This document shows positions 1 to 10,600 of a stretch of 64,000 bases of DNA, one piece after another. How positions within the stretch are numbered: the stretch's first letter is position 1; every line of letters starts with the position of its first letter. The position numbers and the translations under genes are program-made. The notes under the pieces are model-generated. The model ran no database searches and was not told the origin of the DNA. It saw only the letters and a program-made list of their open reading frames with translations. The stretch is from Thermodesulfobacteriota bacterium (GTDB taxonomy: Bacteria; Desulfobacterota; Desulfobacteria; Desulfobacterales; SURF-7): contig JBMORA010000025.1 in assembly GCA_049320885.1 (NCBI GenBank), positions 1 to 64,000 of the forward strand, given 5' to 3'.

Positions 1-87
1 TTCCGCTTCCGCCTTGGCTTTGGCCTCCGCTTCCGCCTTGGCCTTGGCCTCCGCTTCCGCCTTGGCCTTGGCCTCCGCCTCCGCCTT
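1..87 (-). repeat. 24-bp coding tandem repeat (about 3.5 copies visible) encoding AEAEAKAK
   Basis: Unit ttccgccttggccttggcctccgc repeats with few mismatches. Confidence 0.9.
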
Positions 88-450
88 TTCAGCAGCGACC
101 TTTAGATCAGCCGGCGAATATTTCCTGAAAAGAAGCGGATGAAATTTTTCCAGGTCCGCGCTTTCCGACCAGAAGGGCGGGGCGCTGAATCGGCTGGCAT
201 GGCCCGCATCCAGCGGCGGTTCAAAGCGTTGTTTCGGTTCCCAGACATCGAATTTTTTCTGAATCAGGGATTCCCGTGTGGGCGGCTCCGCCGCTGGGAC
301 TTGTTTTTTGCTTGGCGCTTTGGTTTTGGCAGCAGCCTTTGAACCCGTGGCTTCTTTTCCTTCCGTTTTTACCGAATCGTCCTTGGCTTGCGGGGTTTGG
401 CTTTTGCCGCCTTTTTTCGCAGTAGATTTCAATAAGCTTTTCTTGCCCAT
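1..450 (-). CDS. Partial CDS (runs off the window edge); Lys-rich N-terminus followed by AEAEAKAK repeats, hypothetical protein
   Basis: Not in the ORF track. Translated by hand from ATG at 450 with RBS AGAGG upstream: MGKKSLLKSTAKKGG...AAEKAEAEAKAKAEAEAKAK..., open to position 1. Confidence 0.85.
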   Translation of the reverse strand, partial: MGKKSLLKSTAKKGGKSQTPQAKDDSVKTEGKEATGSKAAAKTKAPSKKQVPAAEPPTRESLIQKKFDVWEPKQRFEPPLDAGHASRFSAPPFWSESADLEKFHPLLFRKYSPADLKVAAEKAEAEAKAKAEAEAKAKAEAEAKAKAEAE

Positions 451-687
451 AACATCCTCTTTTTAGGGTAATTTGACGCTTAGCAAAAGATCAACGCATG
501 GTCCCATGTCCGACACGACAACCGAAATTGGATTTTATATCGGATGCATGGCACTTTGTAAACCTTTTTTTGAACCTGCCGCGGCATGAAAATGAACGGT
601 CCTTCACCATCCGCGGGTTATGCCGACCGGCACCCGTCCGGACAGATACCCGGGCGTGCAAATAGACGGAATCGAATCATTTTTAAG

Positions 688-745
688 TTGACAAGAAAAG
701 GCGTTGCACTCTATCAATGACAATTCATATGGGACAATTCATATG
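688..745 (+). promoter_or_regulatory. Possible promoter (TTGACA at 688-693) followed by a 13-bp direct repeat GACAATTCATATG (719-731, 733-745)
   Basis: Perfect -35 hexamer but poor -10; exact direct repeat about 85 bp upstream of the MetF-family start. Confidence 0.4.
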
Positions 746-828
746 ATCCGATGGATGAAGAATTCGAAACCCGAATTTCGAGTCTGACAAGGCGTTGCCT
801 ATACTGGATATCCCCATGGAGGTGGACT

Positions 829-1704
829 ATGGCTTTAAAGAGAAACCTGGAGGCAGGACAATTCGTCATTCTGGCGGAAATGGAGCCCCCGAAAGGAGTG
901 GATGTCACCGCATTTGTCAACAATGCCCTGAAGGTGAAGGGGGCTATTGATGCGTTTCTGGTTCCGGAAATGAGCAACGCGGTGATGCGGATCAGTTCGC
1001 TGGGTGGCGCCATGCTGCTGCAATCCAAGGGGATGGAAACGATTATGCAGGTCTGCTGCCGGGATCGCAACCGGTTGGCGCTCCAGGCGGATTTGCTATC
1101 CGCCGCCGCATGCGGAATCAACAACATCATGGTGGTAACCGGTGAGGAACCGAGTTTCGGGGACCACCACCAGGCCAAGGCGGTTTATGATGTCGAGATG
1201 CTGGAATTGCTCCAGGTGATCCAGGGCCTGCAAGGGGGCAAGGACATGGCCGGGGTTGAACTGGCCGGGGCGCCGAGCTACATGGTGGGGGCGGCGGTCA
1301 ATACCGGCTTGGCGGATAAAGCCCTGGCGGATGAACTTATGGAAATGGAGAAAAAAATCGCTGCCGGCGTACGGTTTCTGATTACACCGCCGATTTTCGA
1401 TCATACCGCACTGGACGGATTGTCCCATTTTCTGGACCGCACGGACGTTAAAATCATCCCCACGGTTTTACTCCTTAAATCCATCGGCATGGCCCGGTAT
1501 GTAGCCCGCAATGTGTCCCATATTCATATTCCGGATGACATCATCAGCCGGATCCAAAAAGCCGGGGACAAGGTCAGGGAATGCGTCCTGATCGCCCAGG
1601 AAACCATCAAGACGATCCAGGCCCGGGGATTCAGCGGAGCCTTGATCTCGACGCTTGGATGGGAGAATAAGCTTCCCGAAATTCTGGGCGGAATGGGGAT
1701 CTGA
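829..1704 (+). CDS. metF: Methylenetetrahydrofolate reductase family protein
   Basis: E.EPPKG, CRDRNRLALQADLL, TGEEP..GDH and EKKIAAG.RFLIT.PIFD motifs; GGAGG RBS before ATG at 829. Confidence 0.85.
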   Translation: MALKRNLEAGQFVILAEMEPPKGVDVTAFVNNALKVKGAIDAFLVPEMSNAVMRISSLGGAMLLQSKGMETIMQVCCRDRNRLALQADLLSAAACGINNIMVVTGEEPSFGDHHQAKAVYDVEMLELLQVIQGLQGGKDMAGVELAGAPSYMVGAAVNTGLADKALADELMEMEKKIAAGVRFLITPPIFDHTALDGLSHFLDRTDVKIIPTVLLLKSIGMARYVARNVSHIHIPDDIISRIQKAGDKVRECVLIAQETIKTIQARGFSGALISTLGWENKLPEILGGMGI

Positions 1705-1715
1705 TCTCAAACCGC

Positions 1716-1772
1716 GGAGCACGAAGGACCGTTCCGACCCTGCCGATTCCGGAAATCTTTCCTTCGTGCTCC
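1716..1772. terminator. 13-bp perfect inverted repeat between convergent genes (possible terminator or RNA stem)
   Basis: GGAGCACGAAGGA (1716-1728) pairs with TCCTTCGTGCTCC (1760-1772); 31-nt loop, no U-tract. Confidence 0.4.
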
Positions 1773-1798
1773 TCGCCGCGTGCGCCCCATGCGGGACC

Positions 1799-2254
1799 TC
1801 AATCCCCCATTTTCGCCATGTAATCGTCATACATGGTTTCCAGGGCCAATTTGTGCTTGGCCTCTTCCTGGCAAAGAATCTTGAACAGCTTTTGCTGTTT
1901 TTCCTCCTTGGCATTGGCCTGCAACTGGTTATAGAGTTCCAGGGCTTTTTCCTCCCGTTTCATGGCGATCATCAGGATCTCACGGTACCCCAGACCTTTT
2001 TTGTATTCCAGGTCAATCACGAAATCGCTGCGCTTGAGATCCGTAATCCATTTGAACTTGTATCCGGTCATTTCAGCACCGCCCAGGTCCTGAAGCATTT
2101 TCTGGTGCCGTCTTTCTTCCTTGGCGAAATCAGAAAACAGTTGTTTGGCGCCGGACATCGTTTCCTCCGCACAGAGCTCCAGGTAAAACGCTTCCGCTTC
2201 CTTCTCCTTTTCCATGGCAAAATCGATGACGGCCTTCAAATTTTCAAAATTCAT
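1799..2254 (-). CDS. Ferritin-like / rubrerythrin-family diiron protein (no rubredoxin domain)
   Basis: Twice-repeated AMxxExxAxxxY...EExxH diiron motif; AGGAG RBS. Confidence 0.9.
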   Translation of the reverse strand: MNFENLKAVIDFAMEKEKEAEAFYLELCAEETMSGAKQLFSDFAKEERRHQKMLQDLGGAEMTGYKFKWITDLKRSDFVIDLEYKKGLGYREILMIAMKREEKALELYNQLQANAKEEKQQKLFKILCQEEAKHKLALETMYDDYMAKMGD

Positions 2255-2644
2255 GAAATTCTCCTTTCGCCCGTTTTCCTTTTCCAGCAGCAGCCGGCTC
2301 GCCGGCCGCTGCTCATCGGTTCTTTATGAATGCAACTTCATTAGCAGAATCCGGGGGATAATTCCATCATTAACTTGCTTTCCCGGCGGAGGGAGGCCCG
2401 CTGTCCAACTGCTTGTGTTGAAAAACAACACAGGGATGTAGAAAAATTCGACGGCAGGGCAATCGTAGCATGAATCCCATGGTAATCAAATGATTAGCTC
2501 CATGCAAGGCCGGCCCGGGGGTCCTGGGGTGCTGAAATCTTCAACATCCGGCACCGGCTGCCATGGGAAATCGCAACCGACCCCGCCGGCCGCGGCATGC
2601 GGCCGGCGGCCTTCCGGCGCCGGTTTCTTGCAGAAGAAATATCT

Positions 2645-2661
2645 CTGGCATATCCCTTGCT
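2645..2661 (+). promoter_or_regulatory. Sigma54 (-24/-12) promoter
   Basis: CTGGCATATCCCTTGCT: GG and GC exactly 12 nt apart, about 90 bp upstream of the first GcvH-like gene. Confidence 0.8.
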
Positions 2662-2753
2662 TTTACCTGAGGTCAACAAGAGGCGAGCCAACAGACGGAT
2701 GGACACCATCCCTGGGTTTTATATCCAACACAATCAAATGAAGGAGAAACGGC

Positions 2754-3749
2754 ATGAACGCACACCACAATGAAAAAAGAAGCCGGCTGGGATATGGTTC
2801 CACCTATCAAAAAGGAAGCGAAACGGATCAGGGAGGAATGCAGGGAATCCGTACCGTTCTCGGAGGCCAAATCTGGACGGTTTCGCCGGATCAAAGCGCT
2901 GAAAATCCGAACCCCTGCATCTGGATGCAGGCCGGGGTTGTAAAATTCAAAAACTGCAACAATTTTTACGATTGCACCTCCTGTAAATACGATCTGGGAA
3001 TGAACATGAAGGTGGCCCAGGGCAAACAGGCCAGCTGGCAGAACGCCATGCGTAAAAAGTCCGCGTTGCAGCGGGTATGCCGGCATAGCTTGACCGGCCG
3101 CATTGCAAACCGTTCCTGCGCTTATGACTACCACTGCGAATCCTGTGATTTCGATCAATACTTCGAGGATGTCTGGACCGTAAAAGCCGGGGCCTATCCG
3201 AATGAAAACCGGCGGATCAAAGGATTTGAACTTCCCGCGGACTACCATTTTCATGGGGGGCATGCCTGGGCCAGGATCGAAAGCGGCGGGTATATCCGCG
3301 TCGGCCTGGATGACTTCGCCTTGAAGCTTTTCGGCAAGGCCGATGCCCTGCAGCTTCCCCTGATGGGCAAGGAACTGAATCAGGGCAAAGCCGGCTGGGG
3401 ACTGAAACGAAAAGGCAATGAAGCCGACGTGCTGTCGCCGGTGGACGGGGTCATCGTGGAAGTCAACGCCAACGTCAGGGAAAATCCGACATTGGCCAAC
3501 CAGGAACCCTACGGCGCGGGCTGGCTCTTCATGATCAAAACCCCGGACATCAAAAAAACGGTGAAGCCGTTGATGAACGAGCAGCAGAGTCTGGCATGGA
3601 TCAATGGGGAAATCGAGACCCTCGAACACATGATCGAGGAAGTGGCCGGACCGCTTGCGGCGGATGGCGGTTTTCTCGGCAGCGACATTATCGGCGCCCT
3701 GCCCTCCCTGGGCTGGCGAAATCTGGCCAGAACGTTTTTGAAATCCTGA
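2754..3749 (+). CDS. Cys-rich domain + glycine cleavage H-like domain protein (copy 1)
   Basis: Two CX12CX5CX2C motifs, then H.W......RVGLDDFA and SPVDG.IVEVN...NQEPYGAGWL; AAGGAG RBS. Confidence 0.85.
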   Translation: MNAHHNEKRSRLGYGSTYQKGSETDQGGMQGIRTVLGGQIWTVSPDQSAENPNPCIWMQAGVVKFKNCNNFYDCTSCKYDLGMNMKVAQGKQASWQNAMRKKSALQRVCRHSLTGRIANRSCAYDYHCESCDFDQYFEDVWTVKAGAYPNENRRIKGFELPADYHFHGGHAWARIESGGYIRVGLDDFALKLFGKADALQLPLMGKELNQGKAGWGLKRKGNEADVLSPVDGVIVEVNANVRENPTLANQEPYGAGWLFMIKTPDIKKTVKPLMNEQQSLAWINGEIETLEHMIEEVAGPLAADGGFLGSDIIGALPSLGWRNLARTFLKS

Positions 3750-3790
3750 TCCGATATCATCAACGGGCATCTTCACAAGAGGGAATCCGC

Positions 3791-4717
3791 ATGGAAAAGC
3801 ACCAGCCAACGGGAAATGCCGCCGCAAACCAGCCGGCCTGCATCTGGATGCAGGCCGGCGTGGTCTGCCGAAAATACTGCGATCTGAATTTCGACTGCGC
3901 GGTCTGTACCTTCGACCGCGCCATGAATCGGGCCGCGGAAGAAAATCATAAAACGCGGCAGGCCGGGAAAATCCCCAGGGGGGAAAAAAGCGCCATCGTC
4001 TACTGGAAAGACAAGCTCCGCGCCCGGCCGGCCGGGAAGCGACCCTGCCTGCATCATATGAAAGGACACATCGATTTCCGGACCTGCGCCTTGGATTACC
4101 AATGCGGCAAATGCGAGTTCGATCAGTACTTCAATGATCAGTACAGTGTTCACGCCCTGCTCCGGCCCGTGGAGGTCCTCAATGTGGAAGGGTTCCGGAT
4201 TCCCCAGGGATTTTACCTTCATCGCGGCCACGCCTGGCTGAAAGTCGAGGAAAACTCCGAAGTCCGCCTGGGTCTGGACGATTTCGCCTTGCGGTTGCTG
4301 GGCCCGCTTTCCGACATCGAGGCGCCCCTGATGGGTAAGGAAACGCGGCGGGATCGCGCGGACATCCTTCTCCGCAAGGGGCCCCGCGAAACCCGGATGT
4401 TGTCCCCCGTATCGGGCGTGATCACCGCGGTGAATCCGGCCCTGAGGGACAACGGCAGCCAGGCCAACAAGGATCCCTATTCCGCGGGCTGGATCCTGCG
4501 CGTCCATGCCGACAATCTGCGCCAGGATCTGAAACATCTCATGATCGGCGAGGAAACCGAGGCGTTTCTGTCCCGGGAGGTTGATCGACTGTATCAGGTC
4601 ATCGAGGAAGAAATCGGCCCGCTGGCCGCAGACGGCGGCATGCTGGGGAACGACATCGCCGGCCATCTGCCGGAAAAAAGCTGGAGCCGCCTGACCGGCA
4701 TGTTTCTGCGCCCATAA
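3791..4717 (+). CDS. Cys-rich domain + glycine cleavage H-like domain protein (copy 2, paralog)
   Basis: Same architecture (CIWMQAGVV, GLDDFAL, SPVSG, DPYSAGWI, GPLAADGG); start set by RBS GAGGG and alignment to copy 1. Confidence 0.85.
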   Translation: MEKHQPTGNAAANQPACIWMQAGVVCRKYCDLNFDCAVCTFDRAMNRAAEENHKTRQAGKIPRGEKSAIVYWKDKLRARPAGKRPCLHHMKGHIDFRTCALDYQCGKCEFDQYFNDQYSVHALLRPVEVLNVEGFRIPQGFYLHRGHAWLKVEENSEVRLGLDDFALRLLGPLSDIEAPLMGKETRRDRADILLRKGPRETRMLSPVSGVITAVNPALRDNGSQANKDPYSAGWILRVHADNLRQDLKHLMIGEETEAFLSREVDRLYQVIEEEIGPLAADGGMLGNDIAGHLPEKSWSRLTGMFLRP

Positions 4718-4828
4718 TGGCTAATGTCACAATCTGCAATCCGGCTTGATTTCCGTTCCTGGGATTGATAAGAATATATCATTACGAATATCCCATTCGG
4801 AAAACCGCAACAAATGAAGGAAAATGCC

Positions 4829-5755
4829 ATGAAAATCCGGTTGCTCCCCTGCCTGCTGATTGTTCTTTCCTGTTGCTGTTTCGCCTGCTCTTCGAGTGAC
4901 GATGCTTCCGAACCGGCTGAGCCGTCGTCGGAACTCTCCCGGAACGAAGTCGAGGATGCGGCCCAATACTCCCTTGCCTCCATGAATGAAAACGCCGAAG
5001 AGAGCCAGGATATCCGCAAACTCTACGATGTAGGCGAAAACCTCGGCCTTGACGAGGATTCGTCGGAGACGTCCGCCCGCACCGGCCAGGGATACGCACC
5101 GACGGGAACCACCTCTCTTCCCTGCGGCAGCCTCACCTTTGATCAGGGTGCCTTCACCATGATGTTCGACGGCACCTGCAACAATCTGACCGGTACCATC
5201 GACTATACCTCTTCCGGGGGAATCGGAAACAGAAGCTACGACTTGGAGATTTCGGAGGTGAGCGACGGGGAGTGCACCATAGACGGCAGCACCGAGGTCC
5301 AAATGGCTGCCGCGGCCGACCTGATTTCCTGGACCTTTACCCTGGACCAGATGAGCATCTGCGGCCGCCAGTATGACGGCACCGTCACCCTCACCCTCGA
5401 TCCGGAAACGGGGGAAGTCACCTACGCGCTGGTTTCCCGGAATTATTCCTATGCCGGCTCCATCGGTGTGGAAACGGACATCGATTACAGCGAAACGGAC
5501 GGAATCAGCGGCGAAGCCACGGTCACCATCAACGGCGTCAGCTATGCATGCATTGCTTCCGGCATCAAAATCGACCAAACCTGCGGCGTGCCCGTTTCCG
5601 GCACGCTGACCATCCAGGGACAGGGCGGTGGCACGGCGGTTCTTGATTTCAGCGACACTTCCTGCGAAAACAAAACCGTTTTGTATACCCTGAACGGCGA
5701 GAGCCACACCTTCGATCTCGGTGAAACCGCGGCAATGATCGTTCAGACCCAATAG
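4829..5755 (+). CDS. Lipoprotein of unknown function (Thr/Gly/Asp-rich, several Cys)
   Basis: Signal peptide MKIRLLPCLLIVLSCCCFA-C with lipobox followed by SSSDD; AAGGA RBS. Confidence 0.8.
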   Translation: MKIRLLPCLLIVLSCCCFACSSSDDASEPAEPSSELSRNEVEDAAQYSLASMNENAEESQDIRKLYDVGENLGLDEDSSETSARTGQGYAPTGTTSLPCGSLTFDQGAFTMMFDGTCNNLTGTIDYTSSGGIGNRSYDLEISEVSDGECTIDGSTEVQMAAAADLISWTFTLDQMSICGRQYDGTVTLTLDPETGEVTYALVSRNYSYAGSIGVETDIDYSETDGISGEATVTINGVSYACIASGIKIDQTCGVPVSGTLTIQGQGGGTAVLDFSDTSCENKTVLYTLNGESHTFDLGETAAMIVQTQ

Positions 5756-5834
5756 GGAGATAAACGGAAGAAGACCCGGAAGGGCCATCACGCCGACCAC
5801 ACCGGCCTCCGTGATGATCGGGCTTCCTTTTCGG

Positions 5835-7523
5835 TCAGGGGGAACCCCGGTAGAAAAATCCATCCTCATCCATCCGGACCATGGCTCCGCTGCGCTGCCA
5901 GATCGGTTTTCCCATCTCCCCGGCAACTCCTTTCGGGGAGCCGCCGGTTTCTCCTCCGACCGCCCGCCAGGGTCCTCTGTAAATCAATTCTCCGGTTTTG
6001 CCTATGGGCACGTCGCATTTCCCCTCGCCGATTTCAACCACCCGGCAATCCACATCCGGAAGGGGGATGCCGATGCTGCCGACCTTGTAGACACCGGCCT
6101 TCACGGGCTGGAAATGCGTCAGGGGGAAGACATCCCCCGGGCTGTAGGCCTCGATGATTTTGGCCCCGGTTTTCACGACGCAAGCTCGGGCCGTCTCCAG
6201 CGCGAGCGGCGTCTGGCCGGCAATGAAGGCTGTAACGGTCGCAGCGGCAAGATCGTTCCATGCGGAATGGCCCGCCAAGCGCGTGTAGCTGCCGGAAGCC
6301 ATCGGCACGATGGTCGGGTTCAGCCGCCGAATCAATTCCGGCAGGTCCTCTTCCCGGGGAAAAAGCGACAGCAGGCTTTGCCAACCGTGAAAAACCGGAA
6401 GGAAAACCGTCCACAGCAGTCCGAATAGGCCATGGAACGGAACCACTCCCAGGATCCGCTCCGGTTCGCGGGGCTCGGCGGCAAACCAGGCGGCCAGTTG
6501 CTGCACCTGAAGGCTCAGTTCCCCGTGACTGATGCGTTGCATGCACCCGGGACTGTCCCGGTCCCCCCGTCCTGCCAGACAAAGGGCCTGATCCTGATGC
6601 ACCAGGCGGGTATTGGGGGGATTGACCGAGTAATCGCTCATCACCCGGCTCCACATATAAATATTTTCAGGCGTCTTGCCCCAGCCCATGCAGCGTCTGT
6701 GCCTTGCCGTCAGGCGGCTCACGATCCGCCGTCCGACGGTCGCATAGTCCTTTTCCGAAACGAAAACGATCTGGCGGACGCCGCACTCCCGGCGAAGGGC
6801 GATCATGCGACGGTAAGAGCTGTCGAGGGTGATCAGGGTCTTGACATGAATATCGCGGAACAGCTTCGCAAGGTTCCGGTCCGGGATTGCCGCATCACAC
6901 GGCACGGCCACCGCGCCGATTTTCAGAACCGCGAAACAGCCGATCACGGCCTGGATGACATTGGGCAGAACGATGGCCACATGGTCGCCTTTCTGGATGC
7001 CAAAGGCCGTCAGGCAGGTGGCCAAACGGCCCACGGCCTTGTCCAGTTCCCCATAGGCCAGGGAAGCACCGTTGCAGACGAACGCTTTTCGGTCGGGAAA
7101 CATCCGGGCCGAACGCGTCAGGAAGCCCGGCGCCAAAATGTGTTCATAGGGAATGGTTCCTGGGACACCCGGCGCATAACAGCGTTGCCAGGGCCGGTCA
7201 TGATAGGTCAAGGCCGGTTCGTAATACTCGACACCTACCCGGTATTGCCCGCCCGGAGCCTCCCCCAGGGGTCGGCACCAGACCACTTCCGCCCGGAGCC
7301 CCCGGAGCAGTTTACAGCCGTAATTGAGCGCCAGCCGGTCTTCCGTTTTGATGCAGATATCGCTCCCCGGACTCAGGGCCTTGTCCGCCGTGAACGCCAT
7401 GCCGCCGAGACAAACATCCGAAAGAACCGCGTCCGAATATCGTCCCGCGCCGTAGGTTGTGTATAAAACAGGCGTAACGGCCCTACGCCGCTCATAGGTT
7501 CTTCTTTCCAGGGCTTGTTCCAT
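5835..7523 (-). CDS. PilZ domain fused to a degenerate, C-terminally truncated long-chain acyl-CoA synthetase (ANL) domain
   Basis: N-terminal ERRTYER (RxxxR), DVCLGG, AEVVWC, YRVGVEY; then GIQKGDHVAIVLPN, GSIGIPLPDVDCRVV, GELIYRGP, MDEDGFFY. Confidence 0.8.
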   Translation of the reverse strand: MEQALERRTYERRRAVTPVLYTTYGAGRYSDAVLSDVCLGGMAFTADKALSPGSDICIKTEDRLALNYGCKLLRGLRAEVVWCRPLGEAPGGQYRVGVEYYEPALTYHDRPWQRCYAPGVPGTIPYEHILAPGFLTRSARMFPDRKAFVCNGASLAYGELDKAVGRLATCLTAFGIQKGDHVAIVLPNVIQAVIGCFAVLKIGAVAVPCDAAIPDRNLAKLFRDIHVKTLITLDSSYRRMIALRRECGVRQIVFVSEKDYATVGRRIVSRLTARHRRCMGWGKTPENIYMWSRVMSDYSVNPPNTRLVHQDQALCLAGRGDRDSPGCMQRISHGELSLQVQQLAAWFAAEPREPERILGVVPFHGLFGLLWTVFLPVFHGWQSLLSLFPREEDLPELIRRLNPTIVPMASGSYTRLAGHSAWNDLAAATVTAFIAGQTPLALETARACVVKTGAKIIEAYSPGDVFPLTHFQPVKAGVYKVGSIGIPLPDVDCRVVEIGEGKCDVPIGKTGELIYRGPWRAVGGETGGSPKGVAGEMGKPIWQRSGAMVRMDEDGFFYRGSP

Positions 7524-7604
7524 CCCTCGTCCTCCGCGGCTTCAAATTGTGGTCCTTTCGGCCCCCCATGCAACAAAGCGGCGCTCTGCGGCCGGGCTGC
7601 CGAT

Positions 7605-10600
7605 TCACATGCCGCGCTCGCCCAGATTGCCGTAGCGATGGTAGTTCCGGCAGACACACTGCTCCCGGAAATAGTGAATCAGTTCGATCCGGCCGTCCAT
7701 CCGAACGGGCGCCCGGGCGATGTAAAAGCCGGCCGCGGCCGCGGCCGCGGATACGGCCACGGGCACGCGTTCCGGAGCCGCATAGCGGATGCGGTCCACC
7801 TCGGAGAGGCGCGCCGCCACTTCTGCATCGGTCTGGACATGAAGCGCGCTTCCTTCGGTCAGCCTCCGGCCTTCATGACTTTCCAGGAACCGGGTAGTCG
7901 CATTGTGCATGCCCGCCGGAACACTGATGAACGTACGGCAGCCACTGATGCGTGCGGCGGCAATGCGGGCCAGGGCGTCGAAAAACGAATCGTCCGGATG
8001 GAGCCGCACCATCACCCTGCCCGCGGGCAGATAGCGGATGAAATTGTCCTGGCCCCGCAGGTGGAAATAATCCGTGGTTTGCCCGAATTCCTGCTCCATC
8101 CAGAACAGATAGCTCTCCACGGCATGCAGGGTCTTCCGCAAATCCTCCCGCTGTCCCGGAAATTGTCCCCAGTGGTTTTTCCGGCGCCAATCGGCCGCAA
8201 GGCGCAGCAGGGGGCCATCCGTCCGGATCGGACCGACTGCCGGAAACCCGTCGTCGCTGATGTGCATGAATTGGGCGACATAGTTGGGTCCGCCCGCTTT
8301 GATCCCGGCGCCGATGGCCGATTTTTTCATGCCGCCGAAGGGCTGCCGCAACACCATGGCGCCGGTGGTTCCCCGGTTGATGTACAGATTGCCCGCCTCG
8401 ATCCCCGCTTCCCAGAATCTCTGCTCCCGCTCGTCGAGACTCTCGAGTCCGGATGTCAGGCCGTAGCCGGTTTGATTGGCCAGGGCCACGGCCTGGGCCA
8501 GATTCTCGGCGCACATGACCCCCAGGAGCGGGCCGAAAAACTCCGTCCGGTGAGTATGGGATCCGGGCCTAACCCCCCATTTGATGCCGGGGGTCCACAG
8601 GTGCGGATTGTCGTGGATGTTTTCCGGCTGCAGCAGCCAGGATTCGCCGGGTTCAAGAGTCGTCAGGGCCCGCAGAAGGTCTGTGCCGGGGGGCCGGATC
8701 AAAGGACCGATCTTGTTTTCAAACCGCCAGACCGACCCTGTTTTCATGCTCCGGGCCGCATCGGCCAGCTGTTCGGCGAATTTTCCGTCTTCGTAGACTT
8801 CCTTTTCCAGGATCAGCAGGGAAGTTGCGGAGCATTTCTGACCGGAATTGCTGAAAGCCGAATGCACGACGTTTTTGATGGCCTGGTCGCGGTCCGACAT
8901 GGCGGTCACGATGGTGGCGTTCTTCCCGCCGGTTTCTGCCGCCAGATACGCAGCCGGATTGCCGCGCAGCAATCCCAGTCCCGTATCCGTCCCGCCGGTA
9001 AAAATGATAAAATCCACATCCCGGTGTTGCGCCAACCGGGCGCCCGCGCCGGGGCCCTCACAGGGAAGGAACTGCAGAACATTGCCGGAAATGCCCGCGT
9101 CCCAGAAACAGCGGCACAACCGATGGGCAACCAGGACCGCATCCGAAGACGGTTTGAACAACACCGTGTTGCCGGCCGCAAGGGCGGCCGCGATCCCACC
9201 GCAGGGAATGGCAATGGGGAAATTCCAGGGCGCTATCACCAGGCCCACACCCCTGCCCGTCCCGCGGACCCCGTCCCGCCGGACAAGGGCATCGGCGGAA
9301 TAGGGGTAGTACTCCACGAAATCGACGGCTTCGGAAACCTCTACATCCGCCTCGGTCATCACCTTACCGGTGTTCGCCATGGCGGCGCCGATCAAGTCCC
9401 CCCGGGCCTTGCGCAGCGCCATGGCCGCCTTCGCCATCAGGCGCCGGCGTTCCGCTGGTGCCATCCGCCTCCAGCCGTCCGGATCATGCCCGGCCGTCGC
9501 CACGGCCTGCTCGATGTCATCGTCATTCGCCAGGGCGAATCTGGCAATGCATACTTTTTCCGGCAGTTGTGACGGATCCAGGCACTCCCGGATCCGTCGG
9601 TCCGCCATGATCTCCCGGCCGCCGATCACCAGCGGGATATCCAAGGGCGAGGCTCCGGGATTTTTTTTCCAGGTCTCCCGAATTCCTTCGGCCCATTTCC
9701 GGTTGCCGGAAAGGGACCAGTCCGTGTCCGGTTCATTTTCAAAACGGCGGTAATGCAGGGGCCCCATTTCTTCCGGGAAGGATTCCGTCAGGCGATTCTG
9801 GATCCGATAGGGTGAAGACGTCGGTTTGTCACGGAACGCGACGGATTGAGCAAACTGCTCCTTCAGGAAATCCCATTCCTTCGTCCCGGTTTTCAGCCCG
9901 GCGGCATACCGCAAGAAATTTTCCGGAGCCGTATTTTCATCCAACCGGCGGATCAGATAGGCGATGGCGCTGATGAACTGCTCCCGGGTGGCCACCGGCG
10001 CGTACATCACCATGCCCTCCGTGGTTTCGCAGATGGCCCGGCGGATGTGATCGGCCATGCCTTCCAGCATCTCGAAGCTGAAACAGCCTTCCAGGTTGTT
10101 TTGCCGGGCCAGGACAAAGGCATAGGCGAGTTCGAAGAGGTTATGGGAGGCAATGCCCAGGTGAACCGCCGCGCAGTTTTCCGGCCGCATTCCGAAATGC
10201 ACCATCCGCTTGTAATTGGCGTCCACCAGCAGCTTGCGGTCGTAGGTGGCCAGCGGCCAGTTCTGGATGGCCGCCTCCACCATTTCCATCTCCATGTTGG
10301 CGCCCTTGACGATGCGGATCCGGATGGGACTGCCGCCTGCCGCCACCCGCTTTTTGGCCCAGGCGGTGATGGTCTGTTGCATGGCATGGGAATCCGGCAG
10401 ATAGGCCTGCAGCACGATTCCGGCCGAATGATCGCGGAATTGGGGCTCCTCCAGGGTCGCAAGGAAGGCGGCGGCGGTGATCTCCAAGTCGCGATATTCC
10501 TCCATGTCCAGATTGACGAACTTGGGAACCGCGGTTCCGTTAGGCCGGATGAACCGGTTTTCCCGGGCGGTCTGATACAGCAAGCCGAGTCTTTCCTTCA

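Noticed and set aside
560..680. Riboswitch (SAM/ZTP/THF) upstream of metF
   Set aside because: Some short stems, but I could not match conserved aptamer motifs. An Rfam/Infernal scan would decide.
2583..2609. 11-bp all-GC hairpin upstream of the sigma54 promoter
   Set aside because: Low-complexity GC stem with no U-tract; no function can be supported.
4781..4789. Single ATTACGAAT unit (and a similar single unit near 42760-42770)
   Set aside because: Only one unit each. May be eroded arrays but cannot be told from chance.
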